Below, piece after piece: positions 39,772 to 49,112 of a stretch of 64,000 nt of DNA. The number at the start of each line of letters is the position of its first letter. The first letter of the stretch is position 1. Origin of the DNA: an archaeon (GTDB lineage Archaea; Iainarchaeota; Iainarchaeia; Iainarchaeales; DTGL01); contig JAPDKC010000027.1 of assembly GCA_029258755.1 (NCBI GenBank), forward strand, positions 3,435-67,434, read 5' to 3'. Below the pieces are notes generated by a model, which saw nothing but the letters and a program-made list of their open reading frames with translations, did no database searches and was not told where the DNA came from. The position numbers and the translations under genes were made by a program.

Positions 39772-40977
39772 ATGATTTTAATGCCCGCTACGAATTTGTT
39801 CCTTTTCCTCAGCATAGCTTTTATTTTTACATTCGCAGTAGGAAAAATGCTTGAAAAGGTTAGGGTTCCCTGGATTATAGCTTCGCTTTTCTTTGGATTT
39901 ATATTAGCTACTTATAATCCATTCTCAGATGTAACCGCCAGCGAAACATTTGAGTTTTTGGCCGAGTTAGGGATGTATTTTTTGCTCTTCGTAATAGGGT
40001 TAGATATAGACCTTAAGGAGATAGCAAAAAAGAGCAGATTCATCTTTAAAGCAACTTTTTTCATAATCTTTCTTGAAGCCGCTTTGGGAATGCTAGTGGT
40101 TTATTATATTTTCAATTGCAACCTTATAACGGCTTTTCTAATAGCGCTTTCCTTTGCTACTGTTGGGGAAGCGGTTCTTGTACCCATACTAGATGAGTTT
40201 AGGATGATAAAAAGCGATTTGGGACAAGCAATTTTGGGTATAGGGTTATTGGACGATATAATAGAGGTCTTTGTTTTGGTGTTGGCGGCATCGCTTATAG
40301 GAGCTGCTGCAAACGCCCATGTAAATACAATGCTTATAATAGGATCGCTCTCGCTTTTGTTTACAATAACCGTGCTTTTTAGATATCTGGGCGAAGAAGG
40401 CGTGCGCTTTCATTTTACGAGCATTCAAACGCTATTCCTTTTTATCCTATCGGTGCTTTTCTTTTTCCTCGGGATCGGAGCTCATGCGTGGTCCAGTGCT
40501 TTAGCCGCATTTTTGGCTGGGATAGGAGTAAAAACATTTATCCCGCCTAAGAGATTGAGAGCTTTAGAAAGCGACATAAGGACGATGTGCTATGGCTTCT
40601 TTGCGCCGTTGTTTTTTATTTGGGCAGGATCTTCTGTTAGAATTCCTTATCTCTTTTCTTACCCCTTGCTTGTTTTGCTAATTGTTCTTGTTTCAGCTAG
40701 CGGAAAGCTTTTAGGGAGCTATATTGTGGGAAAAAAGCTTTTAGGCACAAAGCAAGCAATCCTGCTCGGCATAGGCCTTTCTGTTAGGTTTAGTACCAGC
40801 ATAATAATAATGAGAATTCTATATGATTCTAGAATTATAGGTGCGGATGTTTATTCCGTCATTGTGGCTTCGAGCGCTGTTTTCATATTTGCAATTCCCC
40901 TAATATTTGCCTATCTTCTTTCAAAATGGGGCAAAGTTCTAAGATTGCATCGCAAACATGCTAAAGCGCTAACTTAA
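39772..40977 (+). CDS. Monovalent cation:proton antiporter (CPA family, Kef/NhaP-like)
   Basis: 401 aa polytopic membrane protein with a Na+/H+ exchanger family-like helix pattern. Confidence 0.7.
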   Translation: MILMPATNLFLFLSIAFIFTFAVGKMLEKVRVPWIIASLFFGFILATYNPFSDVTASETFEFLAELGMYFLLFVIGLDIDLKEIAKKSRFIFKATFFIIFLEAALGMLVVYYIFNCNLITAFLIALSFATVGEAVLVPILDEFRMIKSDLGQAILGIGLLDDIIEVFVLVLAASLIGAAANAHVNTMLIIGSLSLLFTITVLFRYLGEEGVRFHFTSIQTLFLFILSVLFFFLGIGAHAWSSALAAFLAGIGVKTFIPPKRLRALESDIRTMCYGFFAPLFFIWAGSSVRIPYLFSYPLLVLLIVLVSASGKLLGSYIVGKKLLGTKQAILLGIGLSVRFSTSIIIMRILYDSRIIGADVYSVIVASSAVFIFAIPLIFAYLLSKWGKVLRLHRKHAKALT

Positions 40978-41249
40978 TCCTTCTCTTTTATATATTTTTG
41001 ATTGCATTTTTCTTTTGCACATTTTGCTATAAAATAGGTGCAAAAAAAGCAGCCGTTCTGCTCTTTAAGATATTTACATGTTCTCCAATCCGCAACCTCT
41101 TTTTCCTTCTTTTTAATTTCCTCGACCAAATCATCAGCATCTATAAATCTGGGCTTGGGTTTCTTATAAACAAATCGTTTTTGGACACCTTCGCTAGCTC
41201 TTGCAGCAGCAACTATGCCACTTAAGCCCATGCATAAAATTTTGTGCAA
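40974..41249 (-). CDS. Small Cys-rich hypothetical protein
   Basis: 91 aa. C-terminal C-x9-C-x2-C-x6-C-x5-C cluster; possible metal binding. Confidence 0.35.
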   Translation of the reverse strand: MHKILCMGLSGIVAAARASEGVQKRFVYKKPKPRFIDADDLVEEIKKKEKEVADWRTCKYLKEQNGCFFCTYFIAKCAKEKCNQKYIKEKD

Positions 41250-41318
41250 TTAGGTTTTTAAATGGTGAGTAAAATTTAGCTGAACTATAGCTTTTCCCTC
41301 TCTATGTTTTTATTTTAA

Positions 41319-42191
41319 TCACATCGCTCTTAGCCTTCTTATTCTTTCTTCTACTGGAGGGTGTGTGCTGAAAAGATTATTTAAGAACGAGCTATGCTCT
41401 TTTAATGGGTTAACAATGTAAAGATGGGCTGTTGCTTTATTTGCTGCTTCTAAAGGTTCTTTATCCTTTGCAATTTTTTCCAGAGCAGATGCAAGCCCTT
41501 CAGGATACCGTGTCAGCAGAGCAGCATTAGCATCTGCTAAAAATTCTCGCTGCCTTGATATTGCAAACTTAATCAGCGTTGCGATTAGAGGTGCCAATAT
41601 AGCTGCAATAACGGCAACAGCCAATATTAAAGCATTTCCCTTTCGCTCACGGTTCCACCAAAAGGTCCTTAGCATCCAATCACTTATTAAAGCAACTAAA
41701 CCAACCATAACAGCAACTAATGTCATGAAGCGCGTATCATAATTCTTTATATGGGACATTTCGTGAGCTATTACTCCTTCAAGTTCTGCTCGATTAAGCT
41801 TTTTCAGAAGCCCTGTGGTTACGCATATCACAGCGTGCTCAGGATCCCTGCCTGTTGCAAAAGCGTTTGGAGCAGAATCTTCTATTATGTAACACTTTGG
41901 CTTTGGTATGCCTGCAGCTATTGCTAGGCCTTCTACAACATGATACAAATAAGGTTGCTCCTTTCTGCTCACAGGCCTAGCTCTGCTTATCTTAAGCACT
42001 AGCTGATCCGAATAATAGTATGAAAAATAACACGAAAGTATTGCGATAACAAGTGCTATTGCAATGCCTATTACTCCTAAGCCAGTTACTTCGCTAAAGA
42101 GCCAGCCAAGTGCAACAATAAATAAGAAGAAGAAAAAGAACAAAAGGAAGCTGTTTCGCTTGTTTATTGCTATAGCATCCCATATAAGCAT
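41319..42191 (-). CDS. htpX: HtpX-like M48 zinc metalloprotease
   Basis: 290 aa. HEMSHIKNYD zincin motif. TM helices. Confidence 0.85.
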   Translation of the reverse strand: MLIWDAIAINKRNSFLLFFFFFLFIVALGWLFSEVTGLGVIGIAIALVIAILSCYFSYYYSDQLVLKISRARPVSRKEQPYLYHVVEGLAIAAGIPKPKCYIIEDSAPNAFATGRDPEHAVICVTTGLLKKLNRAELEGVIAHEMSHIKNYDTRFMTLVAVMVGLVALISDWMLRTFWWNRERKGNALILAVAVIAAILAPLIATLIKFAISRQREFLADANAALLTRYPEGLASALEKIAKDKEPLEAANKATAHLYIVNPLKEHSSFLNNLFSTHPPVEERIRRLRAM

Positions 42192-42197
42192 TTAATT

Positions 42198-42776
42198 TCA
42201 CTCGAAGCTAACTTTAGGCACCTTCTTTTCCTCTTCGCTTGCCTCAAAGTAGTCTCTTTCTGGCTTAAAGCCAAAGAGTTTTGCAACTATGTTTGTCGGG
42301 AAGGATTGCAGGGCTATATTGTATTGCATTATTGCATCATTATAAAACTGCCTCGCATAAGCGATCTTGTTTTCGATACCACTAAGCTCTTCCTGCAGTT
42401 GAAGGAAGTTTTGGCTCGCTTTAAGCTCAGGATAATTTTCAGCAACAGCAAATAAGCTTTTTAGAGCATCTGTAAGCATGTTTGAAGCTCTTGCACGTTC
42501 TTCAGGTTTGGTAGCACTCATAAATGCTGTTCTTGCCTTTGTGACATTTTCCAAAACCTTTTGTTCGTATTTCATGTAGCCTTTTACTATTTCGACAAGA
42601 TTCGGCACCAAATCAGCTCTTTTTTTGAGCTGCACATCAATCTGATACCATGCATTTTCAACCTGGTTTTTTCTTGCAACAAGGGAATTATACGTGAGGA
42701 ATAAGATCGCAAGGAATACCAACAAAACAAACCCAACAGCACCAATTATAATCCAAAACATAATACCACCTTGCAT
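42198..42776 (-). CDS. lemA: LemA family protein
   Basis: 192 aa. N-terminal TM plus a conserved LemA domain ([33 protein letters not shown]). Confidence 0.8.
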   Translation of the reverse strand: MQGGIMFWIIIGAVGFVLLVFLAILFLTYNSLVARKNQVENAWYQIDVQLKKRADLVPNLVEIVKGYMKYEQKVLENVTKARTAFMSATKPEERARASNMLTDALKSLFAVAENYPELKASQNFLQLQEELSGIENKIAYARQFYNDAIMQYNIALQSFPTNIVAKLFGFKPERDYFEASEEEKKVPKVSFE

Positions 42777-42823
42777 ATAATACCATTCCGAACTTTTAAA
42801 AGTTTTTCTTGAAGGGTGTTAAA

Positions 42824-42895
42824 AGCCCATGCCGGGATTCGAACCCGGGACCTCCACATTACCAGTGTGGCGTTCTGCCGCTGAACTACATGGGC
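42824..42895 (-). tRNA. tRNA-Thr (GGT)
   Basis: Manual fold: acceptor GCCCATG/CATGGGC. D arm GTTC-AGCGGCA-GAAC. Anticodon stem CCACA/TGTGG with loop CTGGTAA. Confidence 0.85.
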
Positions 42896-42920
42896 GTATA
42901 TTTAGCTTTTTAGCGAAAAA

Positions 42921-44180
42921 CTATTTTATTATTTCCTTTACTTTTTTTAATTCCTTCAACAACACTTTTTGTTCTTCCCCTGTTCTCATGTCCCTTAGCT
43001 TCAGGCAGTTCTCTTGAAGTTCGGCTGGGCCAAATATTGCAACAAAAGGAATGCTTTTTTTGCTTGCGTACTCTAAATTCTTAGATAAACTTCTTTCCAT
43101 AAGGTCTATCTCTGCGCTTACGCCAAGCTTTCTTAGCTTCTGTGCTATCTTGAGAGCATAAGAAGAAAGCTCTTTCTTAACGGCAACAACAAAAACCTTG
43201 GTTGAAGGCTCATAGGGCAATTTTCCTTCGATGGTGTCCAAAATTCTGTCTATGCCAAAAGATATGCCAGTTGCTGGCAAGCTTCGAGAGCCATAAATAC
43301 CTATAAGCTTATCGTATCGGCCACCGCCACCTATGCTTGGGCCATTAGCGGTTTTTATTTCCATAACTACCCCAGTATAGTAGTCAAGACCTCTGGCAAG
43401 AGCCAGCTCAATTCTCACAAAATCAGTAAGATTTAATTTTTCCACGTACCTCATTAATTCTTTCAACTCTGCAATACCAGTGTTGCTTCCTCCTTTGTTT
43501 GCTATAATCTCTTCACAAAGCTGCAGATCATTTTTCCTAACAACATCAATAACTTCTGTATTTATTCCTTTCTTTTCGAATTCCTCGCTTATGTTCTGCC
43601 AACCAAGCTTTTCTGCTTTATCTATCAATCTGAAGCATTCTTTAAGCTGATTCTCTTTAACACCAGAGGCAAGCGCCAACTCCTCAAGGAGCTTCCGAGA
43701 ATTTAATGCTATATATGCTTCTATTCCAAGCGCTTCTATAATATCAGCACTCATTGCTATCAGTTCAGCTTCAGCAAGTAAGGAAGAAGAACCAATAATA
43801 TCAGCATCAGCTTGCGTAAATTCGCGATAGCGCTTTGCCTGAGGTCTGTCACAGCGATACACTCTTCCAATTTGGTATCTTTTAAACGGCATCGCAAGCT
43901 GTTTGTTGTTAGCAATAACCCTTGCTAAAGGAACAGTGAGATCAAAGCGCAAGCCAAGTTTGCGCTTGCTTTTATCCTCAAATGCATAGATTTCTTCCTC
44001 TATGGCTGAGCCAGCAGAACCCTTCTTGGTGAGAATGTTGAGATTTTCTACTATGGGTGTTTCCAACGGCTCAAAGCCATAAAGCTCAAATATGCGTTTG
44101 CATACGCTTTCTATGTACTTCTTCTTTTTTGCTTTTTCTGGAAGCAAATCACGCATCCCTCTAACTGGTTGCAATTCCAT
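42921..44180 (-). CDS. hisS: Histidyl-tRNA synthetase
   Basis: Class II aaRS. N-terminus MELQPVRGMRDLLPE typical of HisRS. The longer ORF-track start (44246) would overlap tRNA-His, so the start is set at the internal Met. Confidence 0.85.
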   Translation of the reverse strand: MELQPVRGMRDLLPEKAKKKKYIESVCKRIFELYGFEPLETPIVENLNILTKKGSAGSAIEEEIYAFEDKSKRKLGLRFDLTVPLARVIANNKQLAMPFKRYQIGRVYRCDRPQAKRYREFTQADADIIGSSSLLAEAELIAMSADIIEALGIEAYIALNSRKLLEELALASGVKENQLKECFRLIDKAEKLGWQNISEEFEKKGINTEVIDVVRKNDLQLCEEIIANKGGSNTGIAELKELMRYVEKLNLTDFVRIELALARGLDYYTGVVMEIKTANGPSIGGGGRYDKLIGIYGSRSLPATGISFGIDRILDTIEGKLPYEPSTKVFVVAVKKELSSYALKIAQKLRKLGVSAEIDLMERSLSKNLEYASKKSIPFVAIFGPAELQENCLKLRDMRTGEEQKVLLKELKKVKEIIK

Positions 44181-44199
44181 ATATATCACCATAGAAGAG

Positions 44200-44273
44200 G
44201 GCTGTGGCCGGGATTCGAACCCGGGTCGTGGGCTCCACAGGCCCACATCCTAAGCCACTAGACGACCACAGCC
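44200..44273 (-). tRNA. tRNA-His (GTG) with genome-encoded G-1
   Basis: Manual fold: G-1 + acceptor GCTGTGG/CCACAGC, discriminator C. Anticodon stem TGGGC/GCCCA with loop CTGTGGA. Confidence 0.85.
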
Positions 44274-44731
44274 ATAAGCTTTCGTATCCTCCACTAGGGA
44301 AAAAAACAGAATTAGCGACTATGAAGTAAATCGCCTGCCGTTAAATAAGAAATCATAAATATGAATATTGCACAGCATAATTTAAATTGTTTTCCATGCG
44401 GTCATAGCCTTTACTTCTTTTTAATTTTTATTAAGGGACCAGCCTTGTAGTTGTGCACCCTTGAGAATCTAAAAAGAAGCAGTATTACTAAGGCGCACGT
44501 GACCACTTGCAAGAGCAGGAGCAATGTAAGCAAAGTCATAATATCCATCTGCATGGCTTTCACCAACTTATGCATTAATATCCTTTTCTAGTATATAAAT
44601 TTTATCGTATGGAACACATAAAGGAAAAACTTGAAATCGCAAAGAAGAAAAAGCTCCATAAGCTGGATCAGCTTTCTAAAATTCATAGGCATAAAAACAT
44701 ACTCAAAAAGAGGATTCAGGAACACATTTAG

Positions 44732-45394
44732 TTAAGAAATTAAGCTCCTTACTTTGTCAGCAACCTCTCTTTTGGCTAGAATCAAAACCTTCGTGCCAGG
44801 TTTTATCACCGTATCTGCGCTTGGAATTATAAGCTCATTTCCTTCGTATATAGCAATTATGGCTGAGCCGCTAGGGTGCTCAATATCGCTTACTTTTTTG
44901 TATGCGATCTTGCTCTTCTCAGTTATCTCAATTTCCATAATTTCCGCAGCTCCTCGGGAAATGAATGCGAGGTCCAGCACTTCAGGCTTTGTTATTAGCT
45001 CCTCAATATAGCCAGCGGCTGCGGCTTCGGGATGTATAACAATATCTATGCCGAGCTTTTTTAACACTCTTTCATCATAATCTATCTTCCCCAAGCGGGT
45101 TGCAACTTGTTTTGCGCCAAGCTCCTTTGCTATAAGCGAAACAACAAGGTTTGTATCATCGCTTCCCGTAAGCGCAACAAGAGCATCACATTCTTTAACA
45201 TTTGCTTTTTCAAGCGTTTTTGTTTCGGTAGCATCCCCCTGAGTTGCAACAACGTTAAGCTCATTGCTTATGCGCTTGCATGCTTCTGGGTCCTTATCGA
45301 TAACAACAACATCGTGGCCCTCCTCTATTAAAAGCTGTGTTAGGTAATAGCCGAGGTCTCCAGCACCAACTACTATCACATACATATCCAACAC
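44732..45394 (-). CDS. trkA: Potassium uptake protein TrkA (RCK NAD-binding)
   Basis: 220 aa. VVGAGDLG Rossmann motif. RCK N and C domains. Confidence 0.85.
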   Translation of the reverse strand: MLDMYVIVVGAGDLGYYLTQLLIEEGHDVVVIDKDPEACKRISNELNVVATQGDATETKTLEKANVKECDALVALTGSDDTNLVVSLIAKELGAKQVATRLGKIDYDERVLKKLGIDIVIHPEAAAAGYIEELITKPEVLDLAFISRGAAEIMEIEITEKSKIAYKKVSDIEHPSGSAIIAIYEGNELIIPSADTVIKPGTKVLILAKREVADKVRSLIS

Positions 45395-45417
45395 CTAAAA
45401 TGTAAGCAAACTTATTT

Positions 45418-46917
45418 TTATCGTTTTCTTCTGTGTAGATGCGAAGCTAGGCCGAGTATGCTAAACACAGGGATTATTTCAAGTCGGCCGACAAACATAT
45501 TTATTATTAGCATTATCTCACTTGCAGGATTCATACCAGGTCTTGTTATTCCGACTGATAGGCCAACATTTCCTTGAGCAGAGACAACCTCAAATAGAGC
45601 ATTTCCTATGGAAGCACCATCAAGGGTAAGAATAAAAACACCAAGAGCGATGAAGAAGAGATAAAGAAGAATAAACAAATATATCTCACTTAGTTCCTCA
45701 TTGCTGATGTCTCTTCCTTCGAATTTTCTTGGAAAAAAGCTATTTTTTGGCAATATTGCTTCTTTGGCTTTCCACCACACACTTTTCACAAATATCAAAA
45801 ACCTTGCCATTTTTATGCCGCCCGCTGTAGAACCGGAAGAGCCGCCTACAAACATAGCAACTATTAAAACAAATTTTGCAAAGCCAGGCCAAAAAGCAAC
45901 AAGATTTATGGGAGCTATATCAAACCCCCCGCAAGTAATAGCGGAAAATGCGTAGAAAAAGGCATTTTCTAAACCGAGCTTGGGGATTAGGAAAAGGGCG
46001 CTTAACAAGCCCATAAAAACAAGTCCTTTGAATTCGGCATCCTGCAAATAAGCCCTATAATTTTTCCTTCTGAAGAGGTAATGTACATAGAAGCTTGTTG
46101 CACCCATAACCATGAGTATTATAAGCGAAATATCTATCCAAAAATTGTGCATCCCTTGGTTCTGCCAACCAAAGTTCGTTCCTGTAAGACCTATGCTTGT
46201 TGTTGCCATGCCCGTGGTAGAGATAGCACTCATGCTGTAATTTATTGCATTAAATGGATCCATTCCGCTTAGATAAAGCATAAACGAGCCAGCAATGGTC
46301 ATAAGAGTGTATATTCCCCAAATCTCTCTCACAGAATTTATCAAATTTGCTTTCAGCCGTTCCTCGCGGCCTTCGGCTATTATGAGCTTGCTTGCTTTTG
46401 TGTAGTGGGCAAAAATGCCCATAAGCGCTAGCACAACGATTCCTATGCCGCCTATCCAGCTAAGAAATGAGCGCCAAAAGATCAAGCTTTTCGGTGCTAT
46501 ATCAAGTGCCGGCACATGGTTTGGCATGCTTGTTGTTGCTATTATGCTTAATCCAGTTGTTGTTAGTGCGCTCATTGTTTCAAAATACGCATCCAAAAAA
46601 GAGATGTTTAGTATCCAGAAGAATGGTAAGGCAGCAAATCCAACGAAAAGAAGCCAGACAAGCACTATTATGAGGAAAGCGTGCTTTAGCATTGTTTGCT
46701 TATTTTCCCTGCATAGCGCCTTTAGTATTGTTCCAATAAGAAACGTAAGCGCACAGCTTGCTGCATAGTAGAACACTATTTCAGGAGCTTTGGAGAATTC
46801 CATAAAACCCATGCTAACAGCCATAGGAATAAAAAAAGATAGAGACGCTATGCGCAATATCTGCCCAGTGTCGCGTAAAACAATCTTGAAATCGCTCAGA
46901 GAATAGCCTGTAATCAT
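45418..46917 (-). CDS. trkH: Potassium transporter TrkH/KtrB family
   Basis: 499 aa polytopic. TrkH family selectivity-filter-like GGxGxxG-type segments (ATSFYVHY... GGSSGSTAGGIK). Confidence 0.85.
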   Translation of the reverse strand: MITGYSLSDFKIVLRDTGQILRIASLSFFIPMAVSMGFMEFSKAPEIVFYYAASCALTFLIGTILKALCRENKQTMLKHAFLIIVLVWLLFVGFAALPFFWILNISFLDAYFETMSALTTTGLSIIATTSMPNHVPALDIAPKSLIFWRSFLSWIGGIGIVVLALMGIFAHYTKASKLIIAEGREERLKANLINSVREIWGIYTLMTIAGSFMLYLSGMDPFNAINYSMSAISTTGMATTSIGLTGTNFGWQNQGMHNFWIDISLIILMVMGATSFYVHYLFRRKNYRAYLQDAEFKGLVFMGLLSALFLIPKLGLENAFFYAFSAITCGGFDIAPINLVAFWPGFAKFVLIVAMFVGGSSGSTAGGIKMARFLIFVKSVWWKAKEAILPKNSFFPRKFEGRDISNEELSEIYLFILLYLFFIALGVFILTLDGASIGNALFEVVSAQGNVGLSVGITRPGMNPASEIMLIINMFVGRLEIIPVFSILGLASHLHRRKR

Positions 46918-46977
46918 GCGTAAAAAATAGGTGTTTAGGGTTTAAAATCTTAACATTTTACCTAAAGCTGTTTGCTA

Positions 46978-47061
46978 TGCACGGGGGCGGATTCGAACCG
47001 CCGAAGGCACTAAGCCACGGCGCCCTGAACGCCGCCCCTTTGACCGCTCGGGCACCCGTGC
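46978..47061 (-). tRNA. tRNA-Leu (CAG)
   Basis: Manual fold: acceptor GCACGGG/CCCGTGC. Anticodon stem CGGCG/CGCCG with loop TTCAGGG. Long variable arm TGGCTTAGTGCCTTC. T arm GGCGG-TTCGAAT-CCGCC. Confidence 0.85.
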
Positions 47062-47109
47062 ATCTAAAAATTAATAAAACCATAAAAAATTATTTTAAAT
47101 TGCCAGAAC

Positions 47110-47182
47110 TGACCCCGCCGGGATTCGAACCCGGGTCAACAGCTCCGCAGGCTGTTATGCTGTCCAACTACACCACGGGGTC
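47110..47182 (-). tRNA. tRNA-Arg (GCG)
   Basis: Manual fold: acceptor GACCCCG/CGGGGTC. Anticodon stem ACAGC/GCTGT with loop CTGCGGA. T arm CCGGG-TTCGAAT-CCCGG. D stem contains wobble pairs. Confidence 0.72.
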
Positions 47183-47217
47183 ACAAGCAGCATAATATAA
47201 AAATTGCAATTTTATTT

Positions 47218-48189
47218 TTAAATCGTTTTTGCGGCTATAACCCCAACAATCAAGCTAAAAGTCCTTAAGAATATCGATGAGAAAAGCCAAACGATGCAAA
47301 AGGCACCGAAAGGCAGCACTATATATATGTACTTCGCGAATAGCCCGTAAAGAGGTATATTTTCTCTAACTATTTGCATAGTATCCACATTTTTAAATTT
47401 CTTTTTTAAATCGTTTTTAGCGGTTTCTTTGTACTCGGGGGAGGAAACCTTCAATATCTTATTGAATATATACTCAACGAAGTTTTGATCTACCTCACTT
47501 TGTGATTTACGCAATGCCTCAAATTCCTTGCTGTTTTTTATTTCTTCTAGAAGCGCGTACTCAGTGTTTATTTTAAGATTGACAGCAGCGTCTACTATAT
47601 CTACAGAACCTTCTGAAATTGTTCCAAGAATAAATTTTTCCTCAAATTTTTCCACATAGGATTCTTTTTCTGGCATGACCATAAAGACGCCTAAAACGAA
47701 AAAACCTATGGAAAGGATTAGCACAAGTTTTTCGAGGGCTGTATTTACAGAGCGCAGTACAGGAAATCTTCGCAGCTCAGTAATTCTCGTCCTTACGATC
47801 TCTTCCGCCCAAAAAAGGCCAAGGAGGTAAAACAAAAAAACAACAAATAACTGCTTGGCTATTGGGAAAATAAAGAATGCTAACAAATAAGCCAAGCCCA
47901 AAAAGCCCAGTGTTAAGGCAAAGCTTACCTTCCTTCCAAACTTAAAGGGGAGAGCCAAGCTTAAACCTGTTGCAAATGAAAAGAAAAGAGTTGCTAGCCA
48001 AAATTCGGCTGAAAAAGCAAGCGATTTGATACCTTTTATATCAAGTAGCAGAAGAGAATCGAACGAAAATGCTGAAGAATTCAAGAAAAATAAGCTAAGC
48101 AAGAGGCATGCAAATATGCTAACACCGATTACTATTGTGCTTTGATTATTTCTTAGCCAGCTCAGCACAAGGCCCCACCAATTTAACAA
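47218..48189 (-). CDS. Polytopic membrane protein, hypothetical
   Basis: 323 aa, ~6 TM helices. The 44-nt overlap with the MetAP end suggests a later start. Confidence 0.45.
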   Translation of the reverse strand: MLNWWGLVLSWLRNNQSTIVIGVSIFACLLLSLFFLNSSAFSFDSLLLLDIKGIKSLAFSAEFWLATLFFSFATGLSLALPFKFGRKVSFALTLGFLGLAYLLAFFIFPIAKQLFVVFLFYLLGLFWAEEIVRTRITELRRFPVLRSVNTALEKLVLILSIGFFVLGVFMVMPEKESYVEKFEEKFILGTISEGSVDIVDAAVNLKINTEYALLEEIKNSKEFEALRKSQSEVDQNFVEYIFNKILKVSSPEYKETAKNDLKKKFKNVDTMQIVRENIPLYGLFAKYIYIVLPFGAFCIVWLFSSIFLRTFSLIVGVIAAKTI

Positions 48190-49069
48190 TACCTTTCTCG
48201 CTCTTTATAAAGCTATTTTCCGCTTGTGATACGAAGCTGCCCGGTTTGTCATGCAAGATCGGATACGCTTTAATGCATTTTTCTCTGAGCAAATTCTTTA
48301 TTCCGATTTTAAGGGCAAATTCACTTAGCTTAAGCTCTCTTACAAGCCAGCGTTCAGCAAATGGAAGCGTTTTGTAATGCTCTTCTACGAATGCCAAAAT
48401 CCTTCTTGCATAACTGTTCCTCACGGCCCTTGGTTCTTCCAAAGCAAAAATATTTGCTTTTCCGGATTCGCGAACATAGCCGTCTCCTGTTGTTGCAAAG
48501 GGTTCTATAGCGTACGCATGCCCTTCTTCAAATCTTCTTGAATCGTTCTTTGCTATGTTTGGAATGCTTGGCGGCGCATGCTGTATATATCTTGCTAACC
48601 CGTGCCCACTCAAATTCTGTACAACCTTAAATCCGTATGCTGCTATAGTTTCTTCAATAGTTTTGCCTATTTCCCCAAAGGTTGGATCTTTAGGAAGCAT
48701 GTCAAAGGCTTTTTTCAGGGCTTCTTCGCAAGCTTCTATAAGCTTCCTATGCTTATCTGCATATGTTATAGTAAAAGCCCCATCTGCTATGTAGCCGTCT
48801 ACATGCACGCCTATATCTACTTTTAATACATCCTCTTCATTCAGCATTGTTTTTTCGTTCCAATCTGGTGTTTGATGTGCAGCGTTTTCGTTTATGCTTA
48901 GGTTTACTGGAAAAGCTGGTTTGGCGCCTTTTTTGACTATAAACTCCTCTATCTTTTCAGCACACTCAAATAAATTGGCATTCGGCTTGAGCATCTTTTT
49001 GGCATAAACCTGGGCTTCATAAAGAATACAACCAGCTTTTCTATACTTCTCAATAATTTCTTTTTCCAT
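48146..49069 (-). CDS. map: Methionine aminopeptidase, type 2 (archaeal)
   Basis: 307 aa. Pita-bread fold metal ligands. Insertion domain typical of archaeal/eukaryotic MetAP2. Confidence 0.85.
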   Translation of the reverse strand: MEKEIIEKYRKAGCILYEAQVYAKKMLKPNANLFECAEKIEEFIVKKGAKPAFPVNLSINENAAHQTPDWNEKTMLNEEDVLKVDIGVHVDGYIADGAFTITYADKHRKLIEACEEALKKAFDMLPKDPTFGEIGKTIEETIAAYGFKVVQNLSGHGLARYIQHAPPSIPNIAKNDSRRFEEGHAYAIEPFATTGDGYVRESGKANIFALEEPRAVRNSYARRILAFVEEHYKTLPFAERWLVRELKLSEFALKIGIKNLLREKCIKAYPILHDKPGSFVSQAENSFIKSEKGIVKLVGPCAELAKK

Positions 49070-49112
49070 TCCTTAAAGTAAAGGACAAAATCAATTAAAA
49101 ATCCTTTGGTAA

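Noticed and set aside
44283-44731. ~450-bp ORF-poor spacer between tRNA-His and trkA. It contains a 47-aa hydrophobic minus-strand peptide (44411..44554) and a 40-aa basic plus-strand peptide (44609..44731) preceded by tatataaa.
   Set aside because: Both are below any reliable size threshold, and the TATA-to-ATG spacing (~12 nt) does not fit an archaeal promoter/leaderless geometry. Possibly a real small membrane peptide or ncRNA region, but no support from sequence alone.
46977-47195. 72-aa plus-strand ORF spanning the tRNA-Leu/tRNA-Arg region; similarly 31465..31692, 34031..34255 and 42829..43017 plus-strand ORFs over tRNA-Thr, tRNA-Glu and tRNA-Thr(GGT).
   Set aside because: Each is fully explained by a well-folded minus-strand tRNA gene and its GC-rich T-arm. 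The peptides are Pro/Gly/Arg-rich read-throughs typical of tRNA antisense.
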